DNA of 64,000 nucleotides from Vicinamibacteria bacterium (GTDB lineage Bacteria > Acidobacteriota > Vicinamibacteria > Vicinamibacterales > UBA8438). Numbering within the stretch: position 1 is the stretch's first letter; each line of letters opens with the position of its first letter. A program made the position numbers and the translations under genes. Shown piece by piece: positions 9,734 to 20,478 of the stretch. The notes under the pieces are model-generated. The model was not told the origin of the DNA and ran no database searches. It saw only the letters and a program-made list of their open reading frames with translations. The stretch is from the NCBI GenBank assembly GCA_963578725.1, contig CAUZDS010000001.1:70841-134840 (forward strand), in the 5' to 3' direction.

Positions 9734-10597
9734 ATGATGACGGAGCAGGAAGCTATCGACAACCCGAAGGGCTACACGAACCCACAGCTGCTGATCACGA
9801 CCGCTGGGTTAAGCGAGCGGCTCGACGCCGGCGGAACGCCGCCAGTGCTGCTCGACCTCAGGCCCGCCGAGGCGTTCGCGGCTGGACATCTGCCGGGCGC
9901 CGTGCATCTCGACCTGTTCGGCGTCAGTCTGATCGACACCGATCCGGCACCGCTGTCAGCGTTTCTCTGGATGATCGCACACCTGCTCTCGTCCCGGGGC
10001 GTCGACCCGGAACGCACCGTCGTGGTATACGACGAGCAGTCCGGAATCCGCGCGGCGCGCGCCTTCTGGTTTCTCGAGTACTTCGGCCATACCGACGTGA
10101 GGCAGCTCGACGGCGGGTTCGGGGCGTGGGAGCGCGAGGGACGTCGGGTGAACCGTGACGCGGCGTCACCGCAACCCAGCGGCTGGACCGTCGGCCGGTC
10201 CGACGAACGGCTGGCGACCTGGACGGACCTGCTGGACCGCCTCGATGCGGCCGACGTCGCGGTGCTCGATACCCGTACCGACGGTGAATACTACGGCACG
10301 ACGCTTCGTGCCAGGCGTGGCGGCGCCGTACCTGGCGCGGTGCACATCGAGTGGACGCGCAACCTGGGCGAGGACGGCGCGTTCAAGGCGGCGGCCGAGC
10401 TGAGACAGATGTATGACCGGGCCGGGATCACGCCGAACAAGGAAGTGATCAGCTACTGTCAGGGCGGCTACCGTGCCGCGCACAGCTACCTGGCGTTGCG
10501 GCTGCTCGGCTATCCACGTGTACGCAACTACATCGGATCCTGGAAGGAATGGGGAGATCGGGAGGACCTGCCGATAGAGACGCCGCGACGACGCTAG
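9734..10597 (+). CDS. Tandem-rhodanese sulfurtransferase (thiosulfate/3-mercaptopyruvate, SseA-like)
   Basis: Two rhodanese modules with the active-site loop YCQGGYRAAHS. ATG at 9734 is preferred over the longer GTG ORF start at 9650. Confidence 0.8.
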   Translation: MMTEQEAIDNPKGYTNPQLLITTAGLSERLDAGGTPPVLLDLRPAEAFAAGHLPGAVHLDLFGVSLIDTDPAPLSAFLWMIAHLLSSRGVDPERTVVVYDEQSGIRAARAFWFLEYFGHTDVRQLDGGFGAWEREGRRVNRDAASPQPSGWTVGRSDERLATWTDLLDRLDAADVAVLDTRTDGEYYGTTLRARRGGAVPGAVHIEWTRNLGEDGAFKAAAELRQMYDRAGITPNKEVISYCQGGYRAAHSYLALRLLGYPRVRNYIGSWKEWGDREDLPIETPRRR

Positions 10598-10723
10598 ACA
10601 TCTTGTACGGGCGACATCGTCACACGTGGGGAAGGTTGCCCGTCACTCGTGGAGCATCGCTGACACTCACGGCCGCCCGACGACGCCGCCGGCAGTAACC
10701 CGGGTCGACAGGAAGACAGCACG

Positions 10724-12106
10724 ATGGACACCGTCATCGACTTCATCCACACCAACCGCGACCGGTATGTCGCTGAGCTGACCACGTATCTGTCCATCCC
10801 CAGCGTCAGTGCGTTGCCCGAGCATGCCGATGACGTCGGGCGGTGCGCCCGGTGGACCGCCGACGAGTTGGGCCGCATCGGGCTCGAGCACGTGCGGCTC
10901 ATCGAGACAGCCGGCAACCCGGTGGTGTATGCGGACTGGCTCCATGCCACCGATGCCCCGATTATTCTATTTTATGGCCACTACGACGTGCAGCCGGTCG
11001 ACCCGCTCGACGAGTGGGAGTCGCCCCCCTTCGAGGCGACAGTCCGCGAAGGGGAGCTCTACGCTCGTGGCGCGGTCGACGACAAGGGCCAGATCTTCAT
11101 GCACTTCAAGGCGGTCGAGGCCTGCCTGAAGCAGATGGGACGGTTGCCGGTCAACATGAGGGTGATTCTCGAGGGCGAGGAAGAGATCGGCAGCACGCAT
11201 CTCGACGGATTCGTCCGGGCTCACCAGGCGGAGCTGGCGGCCGACGTGGTGGTGATCTCGGACTCGCCGATGTTCGACCGCGGTGTGCCGTCGATCTGCT
11301 ACGGGTTGCGCGGGCTGGCCTACTTCCAGATCGACCTGCGCGGCACGACAAGCGACCTGCACTCGGGCTCATTCGGGGGCGCGGTAGCCAACCCCGGGCT
11401 TGTGCTGGCCCAGGTGCTGAGCCAGATGAAGGACCGCGGCGGTCGCGTCAAGATCCCCGGTTTTTACGACGACGTGCGTCCGCTTCGCGACGAGGAGCGG
11501 GAGGCATTCGCACGGCTGCCGTTCAACGAGCGCCAGTATCGGAACGACCTGGGCGCGCCGAAGCTGTCCGGCGAGCGCGGCTACACGACTCTCGAGCGGG
11601 TGTGGGCGCGCCCGACCTTCGAGGTCAACGGTCTGCTGTCCGGGTTCACGGGTGACGGCGCGAAGACCGTGATTACGGCGGTAGCCATGGCGAAGGTCAG
11701 CATGCGCCTGGTGCCAGACCAGGACCCGAACGCCATCGCCGGGCAGTTCGAGGCCTACATGAAGCGGGTGACACCGAAGACGGTGACGTTGCAGATCACG
11801 CAGTTGCATGGGGGCAAGCCCTGGATGACCGAGTTCGACAACCCATTCGTGCAGGCGGCGGGTCGGGCGATCGAGCGGGGCTTCGGGCGAGCGCCGGTGT
11901 TCAACCGGGAGGGTGGGTCAATCCCGGTCGTGTCGACGTTTCAGGAGGTGCTCGGGCTGCCCGCGGTCCTGTTCGGTGTCGGGCTGCCGGACGAGAATGC
12001 CCACGCACCGAACGAGAAACTCGACCTCGCCAATTTTCATAACGGCGTCATCGCGTCGACGTACCTCTACGAGGAGATCGGCAAGCTGTCTGGCGGACGA
12101 GCGTGA
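10724..12106 (+). CDS. M20 family dipeptidase
   Basis: 460-aa ORF with FYGHYDVQP, ARGAVDDKG and LEGEEEIGS, the metal-ligand motifs of the M20/ArgE/DapE/CPG2 family. Confidence 0.85.
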   Translation: MDTVIDFIHTNRDRYVAELTTYLSIPSVSALPEHADDVGRCARWTADELGRIGLEHVRLIETAGNPVVYADWLHATDAPIILFYGHYDVQPVDPLDEWESPPFEATVREGELYARGAVDDKGQIFMHFKAVEACLKQMGRLPVNMRVILEGEEEIGSTHLDGFVRAHQAELAADVVVISDSPMFDRGVPSICYGLRGLAYFQIDLRGTTSDLHSGSFGGAVANPGLVLAQVLSQMKDRGGRVKIPGFYDDVRPLRDEEREAFARLPFNERQYRNDLGAPKLSGERGYTTLERVWARPTFEVNGLLSGFTGDGAKTVITAVAMAKVSMRLVPDQDPNAIAGQFEAYMKRVTPKTVTLQITQLHGGKPWMTEFDNPFVQAAGRAIERGFGRAPVFNREGGSIPVVSTFQEVLGLPAVLFGVGLPDENAHAPNEKLDLANFHNGVIASTYLYEEIGKLSGGRA

Positions 12107-12352
12107 AGATGTCGATGAAGCGTCATCGGCCGGACAGGAGCGAGAAGGCTGGCCGTGTCGCGAGGACGGCGCTGGTCTTGGCGCTACTCGTCGGCTGCCT
12201 TCGATGAGACAGTCGACGGCCGGCCGGATCGCCGACTGCTCTACGCCGCCGGCACGCTCGTGGCGATCGAGCGCAACCCAAGCAGCGATGGCAATTACCG
12301 CTCGCGTATCGAGGTCGGTCGATGAAGGTGGCGTTCGCCGAGCTGTCCACCG

Positions 12353-13249
12353 TCAGTTCAAGCTCGCCACACGCCGCCGCAGCGCCTTGATGTGTCCCCA
12401 GATCTCGGTGCACTCTTCCCGTCTCGCCTCGCTATTGTCCCCACGTGACGCGAATTTCAGGTAGGTTTCCAGGTCGCGGAGCGCCGCCGTGAAGTCGTTG
12501 AGATGATAAGCGAGCAGGCCGCGGTCGCGGAGCTCGTTCAAGGCCAACGGGTTGAGAGCCAGCAACAACTCGGTGATCGCACGGCCCTGCGGAAACGACC
12601 GCATGTGGATATAGATCCGCTTCAGGTTCACGAGAATCCGTCTAAGGACCTGCTGCTTGGTCGCCGGTTCGAGCAATCGTGGTGCGAACGCAATCGTGTC
12701 GCCGGCGTGCCGGCGCAGCAGGGCGCGACAGTCGGTTTCCGACAGCACCGCCCCCCGGTGAAAGGGGTCAATCAACACCGTGCTGTCGTGAGAGTCCCCG
12801 AACGGGAGCCGGAGCAGAAAGTGTCCCGGAAAGTTGACCCCGTCGAGCCTGACGCCCGCTCGGCGGGCCACCTCGATGTAGACAAGCCCCAGCGTGATCG
12901 GAATGCCAGTGCGGCGTTCGAGCACCTGGTTGAGGAAGCTGTTCCTGGGGTCGTCGTAGTTCGTGGCGTTGCCTGTGAACCCCTGGTCCTCGAAGAGATA
13001 CGTGTTAAGGGTGTCGATCGCGTCACGGTTGGTGGCCGACGGGCCGGACACCGACAGACGTTCGGCCACGACGCCCCCCATCTCCTCCAGGCGCGCCAGG
13101 TAGGGCGTGGGGTCGAGCCGAGGATAGCCAAGACGAGCGATGAGAAGCGCGGGCCCAGCCAGCCCCGGGTCTGGGCTCGAGGCGGCCTGTGTGAACTGCT
13201 GGACAAGATCCGGCGACAGCGCGCCGGTGGCACCACGCATGTGTCTCAC
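12353..13249 (-). CDS. SirB1-family protein (transglutaminase-like fold plus TPR)
   Basis: Contains NYDDPRNSFLNQVLERRTGIPITLGLVYIEVARRAG...NFPGHFLLR, characteristic of the UPF0162/SirB1 family. Confidence 0.7.
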   Translation of the reverse strand: MRHMRGATGALSPDLVQQFTQAASSPDPGLAGPALLIARLGYPRLDPTPYLARLEEMGGVVAERLSVSGPSATNRDAIDTLNTYLFEDQGFTGNATNYDDPRNSFLNQVLERRTGIPITLGLVYIEVARRAGVRLDGVNFPGHFLLRLPFGDSHDSTVLIDPFHRGAVLSETDCRALLRRHAGDTIAFAPRLLEPATKQQVLRRILVNLKRIYIHMRSFPQGRAITELLLALNPLALNELRDRGLLAYHLNDFTAALRDLETYLKFASRGDNSEARREECTEIWGHIKALRRRVASLN

Positions 13250-13288
13250 GTTATCGCACAGAACCTGGCCACCGTCGAGCGGACCGGC

Positions 13289-13969
13289 TTACGAGGTGCG
13301 GCACAGCGCCCGCGCCGTGTCGAGGCTCACGTCGGCGATCGTCGACACGACCGCGTGCGCGGTGCGGAGTTGTTCGGCGGGGTACGTGTGGGCAACGCCG
13401 ATACAGCGGAGCCCGGCGGCCACGGCCGACTCGATGCCCCACATCGAGTCTTCGATGGCGACGAAGCGACCGTCCTTCGGACCCGTGAATGGTCTCAGCA
13501 GCTCGACCGCCCGCAGATACGGGTCCGGGTCCGGTTTCGAGCGCGGTGTGTCGCCAGATGCCACGATCGCCGTGAAGTGGTGGCGGAGGCCAGCAGCCGA
13601 CAGCATGGCCTCGATCTCGGGGCCGAGCCCACCCGACGCGATCGCGATCGGGACCTCGGCCGCGGTCCGGCGGATGCAGTCGGCCGCCCCAGGAAATAGC
13701 GCCTCGCCCTGCCCGGCGAGCGCCTCGAATCGCTCGCCCTTGACTAGGATCAACTCATCCAGTGCCTCCTGGCTGCACGGCCACGCCCGATCGCGAGCGA
13801 CCGCGCGGAACACCCCGACGTCGTCGAACCCCAGATAGCGGTCGTAGTAGTCGGCGGCGGAGAGCTCGACGCCGTGTGGCGTGAGCGTGTCCTGGTAAGC
13901 CCGGAGGTGCAGTGGCTCGCTGTCTGCGAGCACGCCGTCGAAATCGAAGACGATCCCAGCCAGTGGCAC
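13289..13969 (-). CDS. HAD-superfamily hydrolase (beta-phosphoglucomutase-like subfamily)
   Basis: Motif I is IVFDFDGVLADSEPLH. The later ASGG and IEDS motifs are also present. Confidence 0.8.
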   Translation of the reverse strand: MPLAGIVFDFDGVLADSEPLHLRAYQDTLTPHGVELSAADYYDRYLGFDDVGVFRAVARDRAWPCSQEALDELILVKGERFEALAGQGEALFPGAADCIRRTAAEVPIAIASGGLGPEIEAMLSAAGLRHHFTAIVASGDTPRSKPDPDPYLRAVELLRPFTGPKDGRFVAIEDSMWGIESAVAAGLRCIGVAHTYPAEQLRTAHAVVSTIADVSLDTARALCRTS

Positions 13970-13975
13970 GGGCGC

Positions 13976-14665
13976 TTACGGCCGAGTTCGCGGCGTCGCC
14001 TCGACGGAGGCCTCGCCGTCGGGTGGGGGCACTACACCGGGGCCGAAGCCGGTGAAGCCTGGTGCCAGCCGTTCACCGGCCGGGATGGTCACCGCCAGCC
14101 GGTTTTCAGCCGGGGGGTACGGGCACTCGTACGCTTCGTTGTAATAGCAATACGGGTGATATCCCCGGTTGAAGTCGAGGTCGTAGTGACCGGTGGCGGT
14201 CCGGGGCAGGTCCAGATAGCGTCCAGCGGCGTAGGTTTCCGAATCGTTCGTCCCATCCTTGTACGGGACGAACAGCGTGTCGATTGACCGCACTGGCGCT
14301 TCCACGAAGGCAGAGAGCTGCATCGGCTCGCCGTTAAGGGCGAACTTCAGGATACCGACGCGCTGCATCGGTCTAATCACGCCGGTTGAGGTCGGCACGT
14401 CGTAGACCGGCTGGTCGGGCGAGACCTCGAGCGCCGCCGGCACACGGTAGGCGGGGTCCGGTTCGAAATAGCGCAGTGGCAGCAGCGCGCCACGACGCTC
14501 GATCGGGATGGGTGAGTCCGGATCCTCGCGGAAGTACTCGTCCTTTGTCTGGCGATCCTGCAGCAGGCTCTCGAGCCAGCCGGACTCATCGGGCGGCGGA
14601 GCGCTGCAACCGGCAAGCACCACGACGAACAGAGAGGCCAATCCGCGTATACGCATCATTCTCAC
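13976..14665 (-). CDS. DUF1684 lipoprotein
   Basis: Lipobox signal LFVVVLAGCS. DUF1684 signature NRGYHPYCYYNEAYECPYPPAENRL. Confidence 0.8.
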   Translation of the reverse strand: MRMMRIRGLASLFVVVLAGCSAPPPDESGWLESLLQDRQTKDEYFREDPDSPIPIERRGALLPLRYFEPDPAYRVPAALEVSPDQPVYDVPTSTGVIRPMQRVGILKFALNGEPMQLSAFVEAPVRSIDTLFVPYKDGTNDSETYAAGRYLDLPRTATGHYDLDFNRGYHPYCYYNEAYECPYPPAENRLAVTIPAGERLAPGFTGFGPGVVPPPDGEASVEATPRTRP

Positions 14666-14720
14666 CCGGGTCGCGACGGTGGTTCCGGGGACCCTCTGGC
14701 GCCTCGCACCATCACGACGG

Positions 14721-16499
14721 TTATCTAAATATATACCCTGCTCTGTCGACTACCGCGTCCGCGAGTCGGCGGCGCATCATCACGGTGTTGACTGGCGTGA
14801 CCTTCAGCAGCCGACGCAAGGCGGCGAGGTGCAGGCGTAGTGTGTCGCCCCCGGCCATCGCCGCGAGCGCAGACCGGGCGGCGCTCTCGATCCGGATCGC
14901 GGCGTCGCTCACGTAGATGCAGGCGGCGTCGGATTGCAGTCCGGCGGTGTTCGGGGCCTCCGAGGTGGCCTGCATCGCGCGCAGGACAGCGCTTTCCGCG
15001 GCGAACGTATCGATCAGGATGTCCGCCGCCCACGAGAGGACCTCCTGCTCCTCGCTCAGTTTCTCGCTGTATCGCTGCATCGCCAGACCGAGCACCATCA
15101 CCGCCACCTTCTTGAAAACCGCTGCGGCCCGGAGTTGCTCGGCCAGCGGCACGTCGGCCGGCTCGATCAGGGCCGGCGGGCTCATGATCTCGTCCTGCAG
15201 CGCCTTCGCGGCGGCGACCAGCGGGAGACCGCCCTTGAGCGCGCGACGGATCAGAGTGCCTGGGATCAGGAGCCGGTTGATCTCGTTCGTGCCCTCGAAA
15301 ATCCGGTTCACACGGGCGTCGCGATAGCGGCGCTCGGCCGGGTAGTCCTTGACGTAACCGTTCCCACCATGAATCTGGACGTCCTCGTCCACTACGTACT
15401 GGAGCATCTCGCTGCCGGCCACCTTGAGAATCGAGCACTCTACGGCCAACTCTTCGAGAATGTCCCGCAACGGGCCCGCATCCGCCGGATCGTGGTTGGC
15501 GAGGGTGGCATCCAGCAGTCCGGCGGTGCGGTAAATCATGCCCTCGACCGCGTACGCCCAGGTCACCATCTCGCCGAGCTTGTGTCTGATGGCACCGAAG
15601 CTCGCAATCGGGCGGCCGAACTGGTGACGCTCGGCGGCGTATCGCGCCGCCTCGCCGATCGCAGTGGCGGCGGCACCGCTAGCCGCGACCGCTAGCTTGA
15701 AGCGGCCGTAGTTCAGGGTGTTGAACGCGACCTTGTGCCCTTTGCCGACGTCACCGAGGACGTTCTCCGCTGGCACCCGGACGTCCTGGAGAATCACGGG
15801 GGTGGTGGACGAGCCATGAAGGCCCATCTTGTGCTCTTCACCCCCGACGCTCACACCTGGGTCGTTCCGTTCGACCAGAAAGGCGGTGAACAACTCGCCG
15901 TCCACCTTAGCGAAGACGATATAGAGATCGGCGAACCCCCCGTTGGTGGTCCACATCTTCTCACCGTTCAGTACGAAGCTGCCATCCGCCTGCCGGGTCG
16001 CACGCGTCTTGGCACCGAGCGCGTCCGATCCGGACCCCGATTCGCTGAGACAGTACGCCCCGACCCACTCGCCGCTCACGAGCTTGCCCAGGTACTTCTC
16101 TTTCTGGGTGGCGGTGCCGAAACAGTGTAGCGGCAGGATCGCAAGCCCGGTCTGCGCTCCGAAGGCCGATCCGAACGATCCACTCTGACCGACGCGGCTA
16201 CCTACGACGACCGATGCGGCCTTGTCGAGTGCCAGGCCTCCGTAGACCTCCGGGACGTCGGTGCCCATCAGGCCGAGCTCACCGGCGCGACGGACCAACT
16301 GGCGCGCCAGATCCCAGTCCTTCGTCTCGAGCAGGTCGTGGCTCGGCACGACCTCCTTGGTGACGAACTCCTCGGTAGTCTGATCGATGAGCCGGTGCTC
16401 GTCGCTCAGTCGCTCGGTGGTGAAGATCGAGCCGGGCTCGGTCTCTTCGAGGAGCCAGGTCCCGCCGGTGACGCCGGTCGCCGTCGACGCTGTTGTCAT
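14721..16499 (-). CDS. fadE: Acyl-CoA dehydrogenase (long FadE type)
   Basis: ATG at 16499 lies 47 nt downstream of the thiolase stop. ACAD motifs are present (LSESGSGSD, WTTNGG, IHGGNGY). It is the last gene of the fadN-fadA-fadE operon. Confidence 0.9.
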   Translation of the reverse strand: MTTASTATGVTGGTWLLEETEPGSIFTTERLSDEHRLIDQTTEEFVTKEVVPSHDLLETKDWDLARQLVRRAGELGLMGTDVPEVYGGLALDKAASVVVGSRVGQSGSFGSAFGAQTGLAILPLHCFGTATQKEKYLGKLVSGEWVGAYCLSESGSGSDALGAKTRATRQADGSFVLNGEKMWTTNGGFADLYIVFAKVDGELFTAFLVERNDPGVSVGGEEHKMGLHGSSTTPVILQDVRVPAENVLGDVGKGHKVAFNTLNYGRFKLAVAASGAAATAIGEAARYAAERHQFGRPIASFGAIRHKLGEMVTWAYAVEGMIYRTAGLLDATLANHDPADAGPLRDILEELAVECSILKVAGSEMLQYVVDEDVQIHGGNGYVKDYPAERRYRDARVNRIFEGTNEINRLLIPGTLIRRALKGGLPLVAAAKALQDEIMSPPALIEPADVPLAEQLRAAAVFKKVAVMVLGLAMQRYSEKLSEEQEVLSWAADILIDTFAAESAVLRAMQATSEAPNTAGLQSDAACIYVSDAAIRIESAARSALAAMAGGDTLRLHLAALRRLLKVTPVNTVMMRRRLADAVVDRAGYIFR

Positions 16500-16545
16500 G
16501 GAAGCCTTTCGTGTCACACGCCTAGCCGGCCCGTACCGGTCTTCC

Positions 16546-17733
16546 TCAGGACAGTCGTTCGAAGATCCCGGCGGCGCCCATGCCACCGCCAACGCACATC
16601 GTCACCAGACCGTAGCGGCCCTGCCGCCGTTCGAGCTCGTAGAGTAGCGACGTGGTCAACTTGGCACCCGTACAGCCCAGCGGATGGCCGAGCGCGATCG
16701 CACCGCCGTTGACATTCAGCTTGTCCGGGTCGATCGGCAGCTCTCGGAGACAGGCCAGCACCTGGGCCGCGAACGCCTCGTTGAGCTCGACCAGGTCGAG
16801 GTCGTCCAGCGCCAGCGCCGCGCGCTTCAGTGCTTTGCGGATGGCCGCCACCGGTCCGATACCGAACCGTTCCGGCTCCACGCCAGCCGTGGCGTAGGTC
16901 ACGAAGCGGGCCAACGGCTTCAGCCCGGCGCGCTCGGCCCGCTCACGCGACGTGACGACCAGGGCGGCGGCTCCATCGCTGGTCTGGGAAGAGTTGCCGG
17001 CCGTGACGCTCCCGCGAACGCGGAAGGCCGGTCGCAGCGCGGCCAGTGCCTCCAGCGATGTGTCGCCGCGTGGACCCTCGTCGGTTGCGAACTCGATTGT
17101 GCGTACCAGCGGCGCAGTGTCGTCGCCATTGGCCGGTTCCACAACTTGCACTTGGAGCGGCACGATCTCGTCCCTGAAGCGCCCGGCGGCGATCGCCGCG
17201 ATCGCCCGCTGATGGCTGCGGAGGGCGAAGGCGTCCTGCTCCGCGCGCGACACCTGTGCCTCACGCACGTGGTTCTCGGCCACGAGCCCGGTCGATAGAT
17301 ACGCGTCCGGATAGTCCCGCATGAGCCTGGGGTTCGGCGCGATCTTGTGACCACCCATCGGAATGAGGCTCATCGACTCCGTGCCGCCGGCGATGATCGT
17401 GTCGGCCTCGCCAACCCTGATCCGCTCTGCGGCGTACGCGATCGCCTGTAACCCGGATGAGCAGAACCGGTTGATCGTGACGGCGGACGCTTCAACCGGC
17501 ACGCCGGCGCGCAGGCTCGCGATGCGCGCGACGTTCATCCCCTGTTCCCCCTCCGGCATGGCGCAACCGAGGATCACGTCCTCCACTTCTGCCGGCTCGA
17601 TGCCGCCCGCCCGCGACAGCGCTTCGGTGATGACCGTTGCCGCCATCTCGTCAGGTCTGGTCGCTCGCAGCGTACCCTTGGGTGCCTTGCCAACCGCCGT
17701 GCGAACGGCCGACACGATGACCGCTTCCGTCAT
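16546..17733 (-). CDS. fadA: Acetyl-CoA C-acyltransferase (thiolase)
   Basis: Carries [10 protein letters not shown] (active-site Cys), [15 protein letters not shown] and TMCVGGGMG. Confidence 0.95.
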   Translation of the reverse strand: MTEAVIVSAVRTAVGKAPKGTLRATRPDEMAATVITEALSRAGGIEPAEVEDVILGCAMPEGEQGMNVARIASLRAGVPVEASAVTINRFCSSGLQAIAYAAERIRVGEADTIIAGGTESMSLIPMGGHKIAPNPRLMRDYPDAYLSTGLVAENHVREAQVSRAEQDAFALRSHQRAIAAIAAGRFRDEIVPLQVQVVEPANGDDTAPLVRTIEFATDEGPRGDTSLEALAALRPAFRVRGSVTAGNSSQTSDGAAALVVTSRERAERAGLKPLARFVTYATAGVEPERFGIGPVAAIRKALKRAALALDDLDLVELNEAFAAQVLACLRELPIDPDKLNVNGGAIALGHPLGCTGAKLTTSLLYELERRQGRYGLVTMCVGGGMGAAGIFERLS

Positions 17734-17761
17734 ACTTGCTCCTTCTGGCGTTGTTCCCCAG

Positions 17762-18133
17762 TCACAACCGCCCGATGTGCTCCACCGTTTTGCGTCGTCG
17801 ACCGGGTACGACGGTTCCCTCGTGGCACGTGCGTTCGAGGGTCACGTGACGGGCGCCCCGGATCCGTTCGGCGTATGAGCGGATCTCGTCGACGGGCACC
17901 ACGCGGTCGGGGCCCGGCTCGCCTGTGAGGACGCGCGTCGCCGCCGCCACCTGGCGGCAGTCAGCCTCGAAGACGACCGTCGACATCAGCCGTACCCGCT
18001 CAGTCATCCGCACTGGTGAGCACGGCGACCGCGTCACTCTCGCCGCGTGCCGGACCGCGAAGGCCAGTCCGTCGCCCACGCCGTCGAGCGCGCGCCAGAT
18101 CTCGGCCGCGAGCCTGAATAGAGACCGTGCCAC
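17762..18133 (-). CDS. Hypothetical protein embedded in the fad operon
   Basis: 123-aa ORF that starts 6 nt after the fadN stop and ends 29 nt before the fadA start. I recognise no motif in it. Confidence 0.3.
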   Translation of the reverse strand: MARSLFRLAAEIWRALDGVGDGLAFAVRHAARVTRSPCSPVRMTERVRLMSTVVFEADCRQVAAATRVLTGEPGPDRVVPVDEIRSYAERIRGARHVTLERTCHEGTVVPGRRRKTVEHIGRL

Positions 18134-18138
18134 AAAGA

Positions 18139-20478
18139 TCAGTTCCGGAGTGGTCTGCCGGTCTTGAGCATGTGGCGGATCCGCTCCAAAGTAGGTGGCT
18201 CACCACACAGGCTCAGAAACGCCTCCCGCTCCAGATCCAGCAGGTACCGCTCGGTTACCGTCGTCGCGTGCGGGATATCGCCTCCGGTCATGATCCGAGT
18301 GATCTTTCTGGCGATCAGGGCGTCGTGGTCGCTGATCCGTCCACCCCGCCACGCCAGGTGGATGCTCAGGTCCAGCGCCGCCCGCGCGTCCTCGCCGCCC
18401 ACCGGAATCGCGGCGCGGGGGGCGGGTGCCTGGTACCCGTCGCGCACACGGTGGAGCACCGTGGCCTTGGCATCGGTCATCAGCCGCTCCCGGTTCATCG
18501 TAATGCCGTCGACATCTCGGAGCAGCCCGAGTCGCCTCGCATCCGCGGCACTGGTCGACACCTTACCGAACCCGATCGTCTCGAACGCGCGTTGCAGCCC
18601 GCGGAGCGGGTCGGTGCCAGGGGCCGTCGAGTCGATTGCCCGGAGGGTGAGCTCCTTGGTGCCGCACCCGGCCGGGATCAGTCCAACACCCACCTCCACC
18701 TGACCCAGGTAGGTCTCGGCCGCCGCTTGAACCCGGTCGGCGTGGAGCACCATCTCGCACCCACCACCGAGCGCAAGGCCGGCAGGCGCCACCACGACCG
18801 GCACTGGCGAGTAGCGCAGTCCGATGATCGCCTTCTGAAAGCCGCGCACCATTAAATCGATCTCGGCCCAGTTGTCCTCCTGTGCCTCGAGCAGCACCAT
18901 CATCAGGTTGGCGCCGGCACAGAAATTCGCCGCGTCGTTGCCGACGACCAGCCCGTCGAACCGCTCCGACGCCTGCGTCACACCGCCGATCAGCATCTGG
19001 ACGGTGTCGCCGCCGATGGTGTTCAGCTTCGAATGAAACTCGACCGCCAGCACACCGTCGTCGAGGTCCACGAGACTGGCGCCGGCGTTCCGCGCGACGA
19101 CCTGGCCCCGCTGCTTCGCGGCGCCGAGGATCTGCAGGTCTGGAGCGGCCGGGGGCAGCGGTGCGGTCCGAAAGCGCCGCGGACAGTCCTCCGACCCGTC
19201 GGACCCAGGCGGGAGTCGGGCCCACTCGAGTGCCGCGGCGGGCAGATCGTCGCGGCCACAGCCCTCGAGCACCGCATCGACCCCGATGGCGTCCCAGAGC
19301 TCGAACGGACCCTCGTTCCAGCCGAAGCCCCAGCGCATCGCCCGGTCGACGTCGTCGGCCGTGTGGGCGATCGCGGCGGCCACTTCCGCGGAATAGATCA
19401 GCGTGCGGCCCAGCGTCGCGCGCATGAACTCGCCGACCCTGTCGCGCGCCAGAAACAGGTGGCGTATCCGCTCCACGGGGTCGTCGATCGTCTGCGCCGC
19501 ATCGAGGGTCCCGATCTGGCCAGACTGCCAAGGCCGGTAGTCCATAGTCGCCGGGTCCAGCGTGAGGATCGTGCTGCCCTCCGGGCCACGTTCTTTCTTG
19601 TAGAAGCCCTGACCCGCCTTGTCGCCGATCCAGCCACGTTCCACGAGCTGGCCGACGAGGGGTGGCAACTCGAACGCCCGGTGTTCGTCCTCGGTGTCGA
19701 GGCGCGCGGACAGGTTGGTTGCCACCTGCGCCAGGATGTCAATTCCCGCGATGTCCATCGTGCGAAAGGTCGCGCTCTTGGGCCGGCCGACCACCGGCCC
19801 GGTCAGGGCGTCGATCTCCTCGATCGTGTAGCGTCCGCTCGCGAGCTGCTCCAACACGCGCGCCACGCCGTAGAGACCGATTCGGTTCGCAATGAAGTTG
19901 GGAGTGTCCTTCGCGACGACGACCCCCTTCCCGAGCTGGCGGTCGACGAACGCCGACAACACGGCCACCACGGCCGGGTCGGTGTCGCCGGTGGGAATGA
20001 TCTCGACCAGCCGGAGGTAGCGGGGCGGATTGAAGAAGTGGCTGCCAAGCCAGTGCCGGCGAAACGTCCCGCTACGGCCCTCGGCAATCATACCGATCGG
20101 GATGCCGGACGTGTTCGAGCTCACGATGGCATCAGGTCGGCGCTCGGTCTCCACCCGCGCGAGTAGCGCCTGCTTGGCGTCGAGCCGCTCGATGATCGCT
20201 TCGATGACCCAGTCACAGCCCGCAATCGCCGGCAGGTCACGGTCGAACCCGCCGAGACGGATGCCGGCCTGCGCGGCGCACGTGTAGAACGGGTCCGGCT
20301 TCAGCGCCGCGGCGCGCTTTAGCCCTGACGCCGCGGTGCTGGCGTCGAGATCGAGCAGCATCACGGGCACGCCAGCGTTCGCGATGTGCGCCGCGATCTG
20401 GGCTCCCATAGTGCCGGCCCCGAGCACCGCCACAGAGCGGATGCGCCGGACCGTCGACTCGTGTGAGACGACCGTCAT
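18139..20478 (-). CDS. fadN: Bifunctional 3-hydroxyacyl-CoA dehydrogenase / enoyl-CoA hydratase (FadN architecture)
   Basis: N-terminal NAD motif VLGAGTMGAQIAAHIA (dehydrogenase) and a C-terminal crotonase fold (FCAGANL, APAGLALGGGCE). The start overlaps the TetR stop (ATGA). Confidence 0.9.
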   Translation of the reverse strand: MTVVSHESTVRRIRSVAVLGAGTMGAQIAAHIANAGVPVMLLDLDASTAASGLKRAAALKPDPFYTCAAQAGIRLGGFDRDLPAIAGCDWVIEAIIERLDAKQALLARVETERRPDAIVSSNTSGIPIGMIAEGRSGTFRRHWLGSHFFNPPRYLRLVEIIPTGDTDPAVVAVLSAFVDRQLGKGVVVAKDTPNFIANRIGLYGVARVLEQLASGRYTIEEIDALTGPVVGRPKSATFRTMDIAGIDILAQVATNLSARLDTEDEHRAFELPPLVGQLVERGWIGDKAGQGFYKKERGPEGSTILTLDPATMDYRPWQSGQIGTLDAAQTIDDPVERIRHLFLARDRVGEFMRATLGRTLIYSAEVAAAIAHTADDVDRAMRWGFGWNEGPFELWDAIGVDAVLEGCGRDDLPAAALEWARLPPGSDGSEDCPRRFRTAPLPPAAPDLQILGAAKQRGQVVARNAGASLVDLDDGVLAVEFHSKLNTIGGDTVQMLIGGVTQASERFDGLVVGNDAANFCAGANLMMVLLEAQEDNWAEIDLMVRGFQKAIIGLRYSPVPVVVAPAGLALGGGCEMVLHADRVQAAAETYLGQVEVGVGLIPAGCGTKELTLRAIDSTAPGTDPLRGLQRAFETIGFGKVSTSAADARRLGLLRDVDGITMNRERLMTDAKATVLHRVRDGYQAPAPRAAIPVGGEDARAALDLSIHLAWRGGRISDHDALIARKITRIMTGGDIPHATTVTERYLLDLEREAFLSLCGEPPTLERIRHMLKTGRPLRN

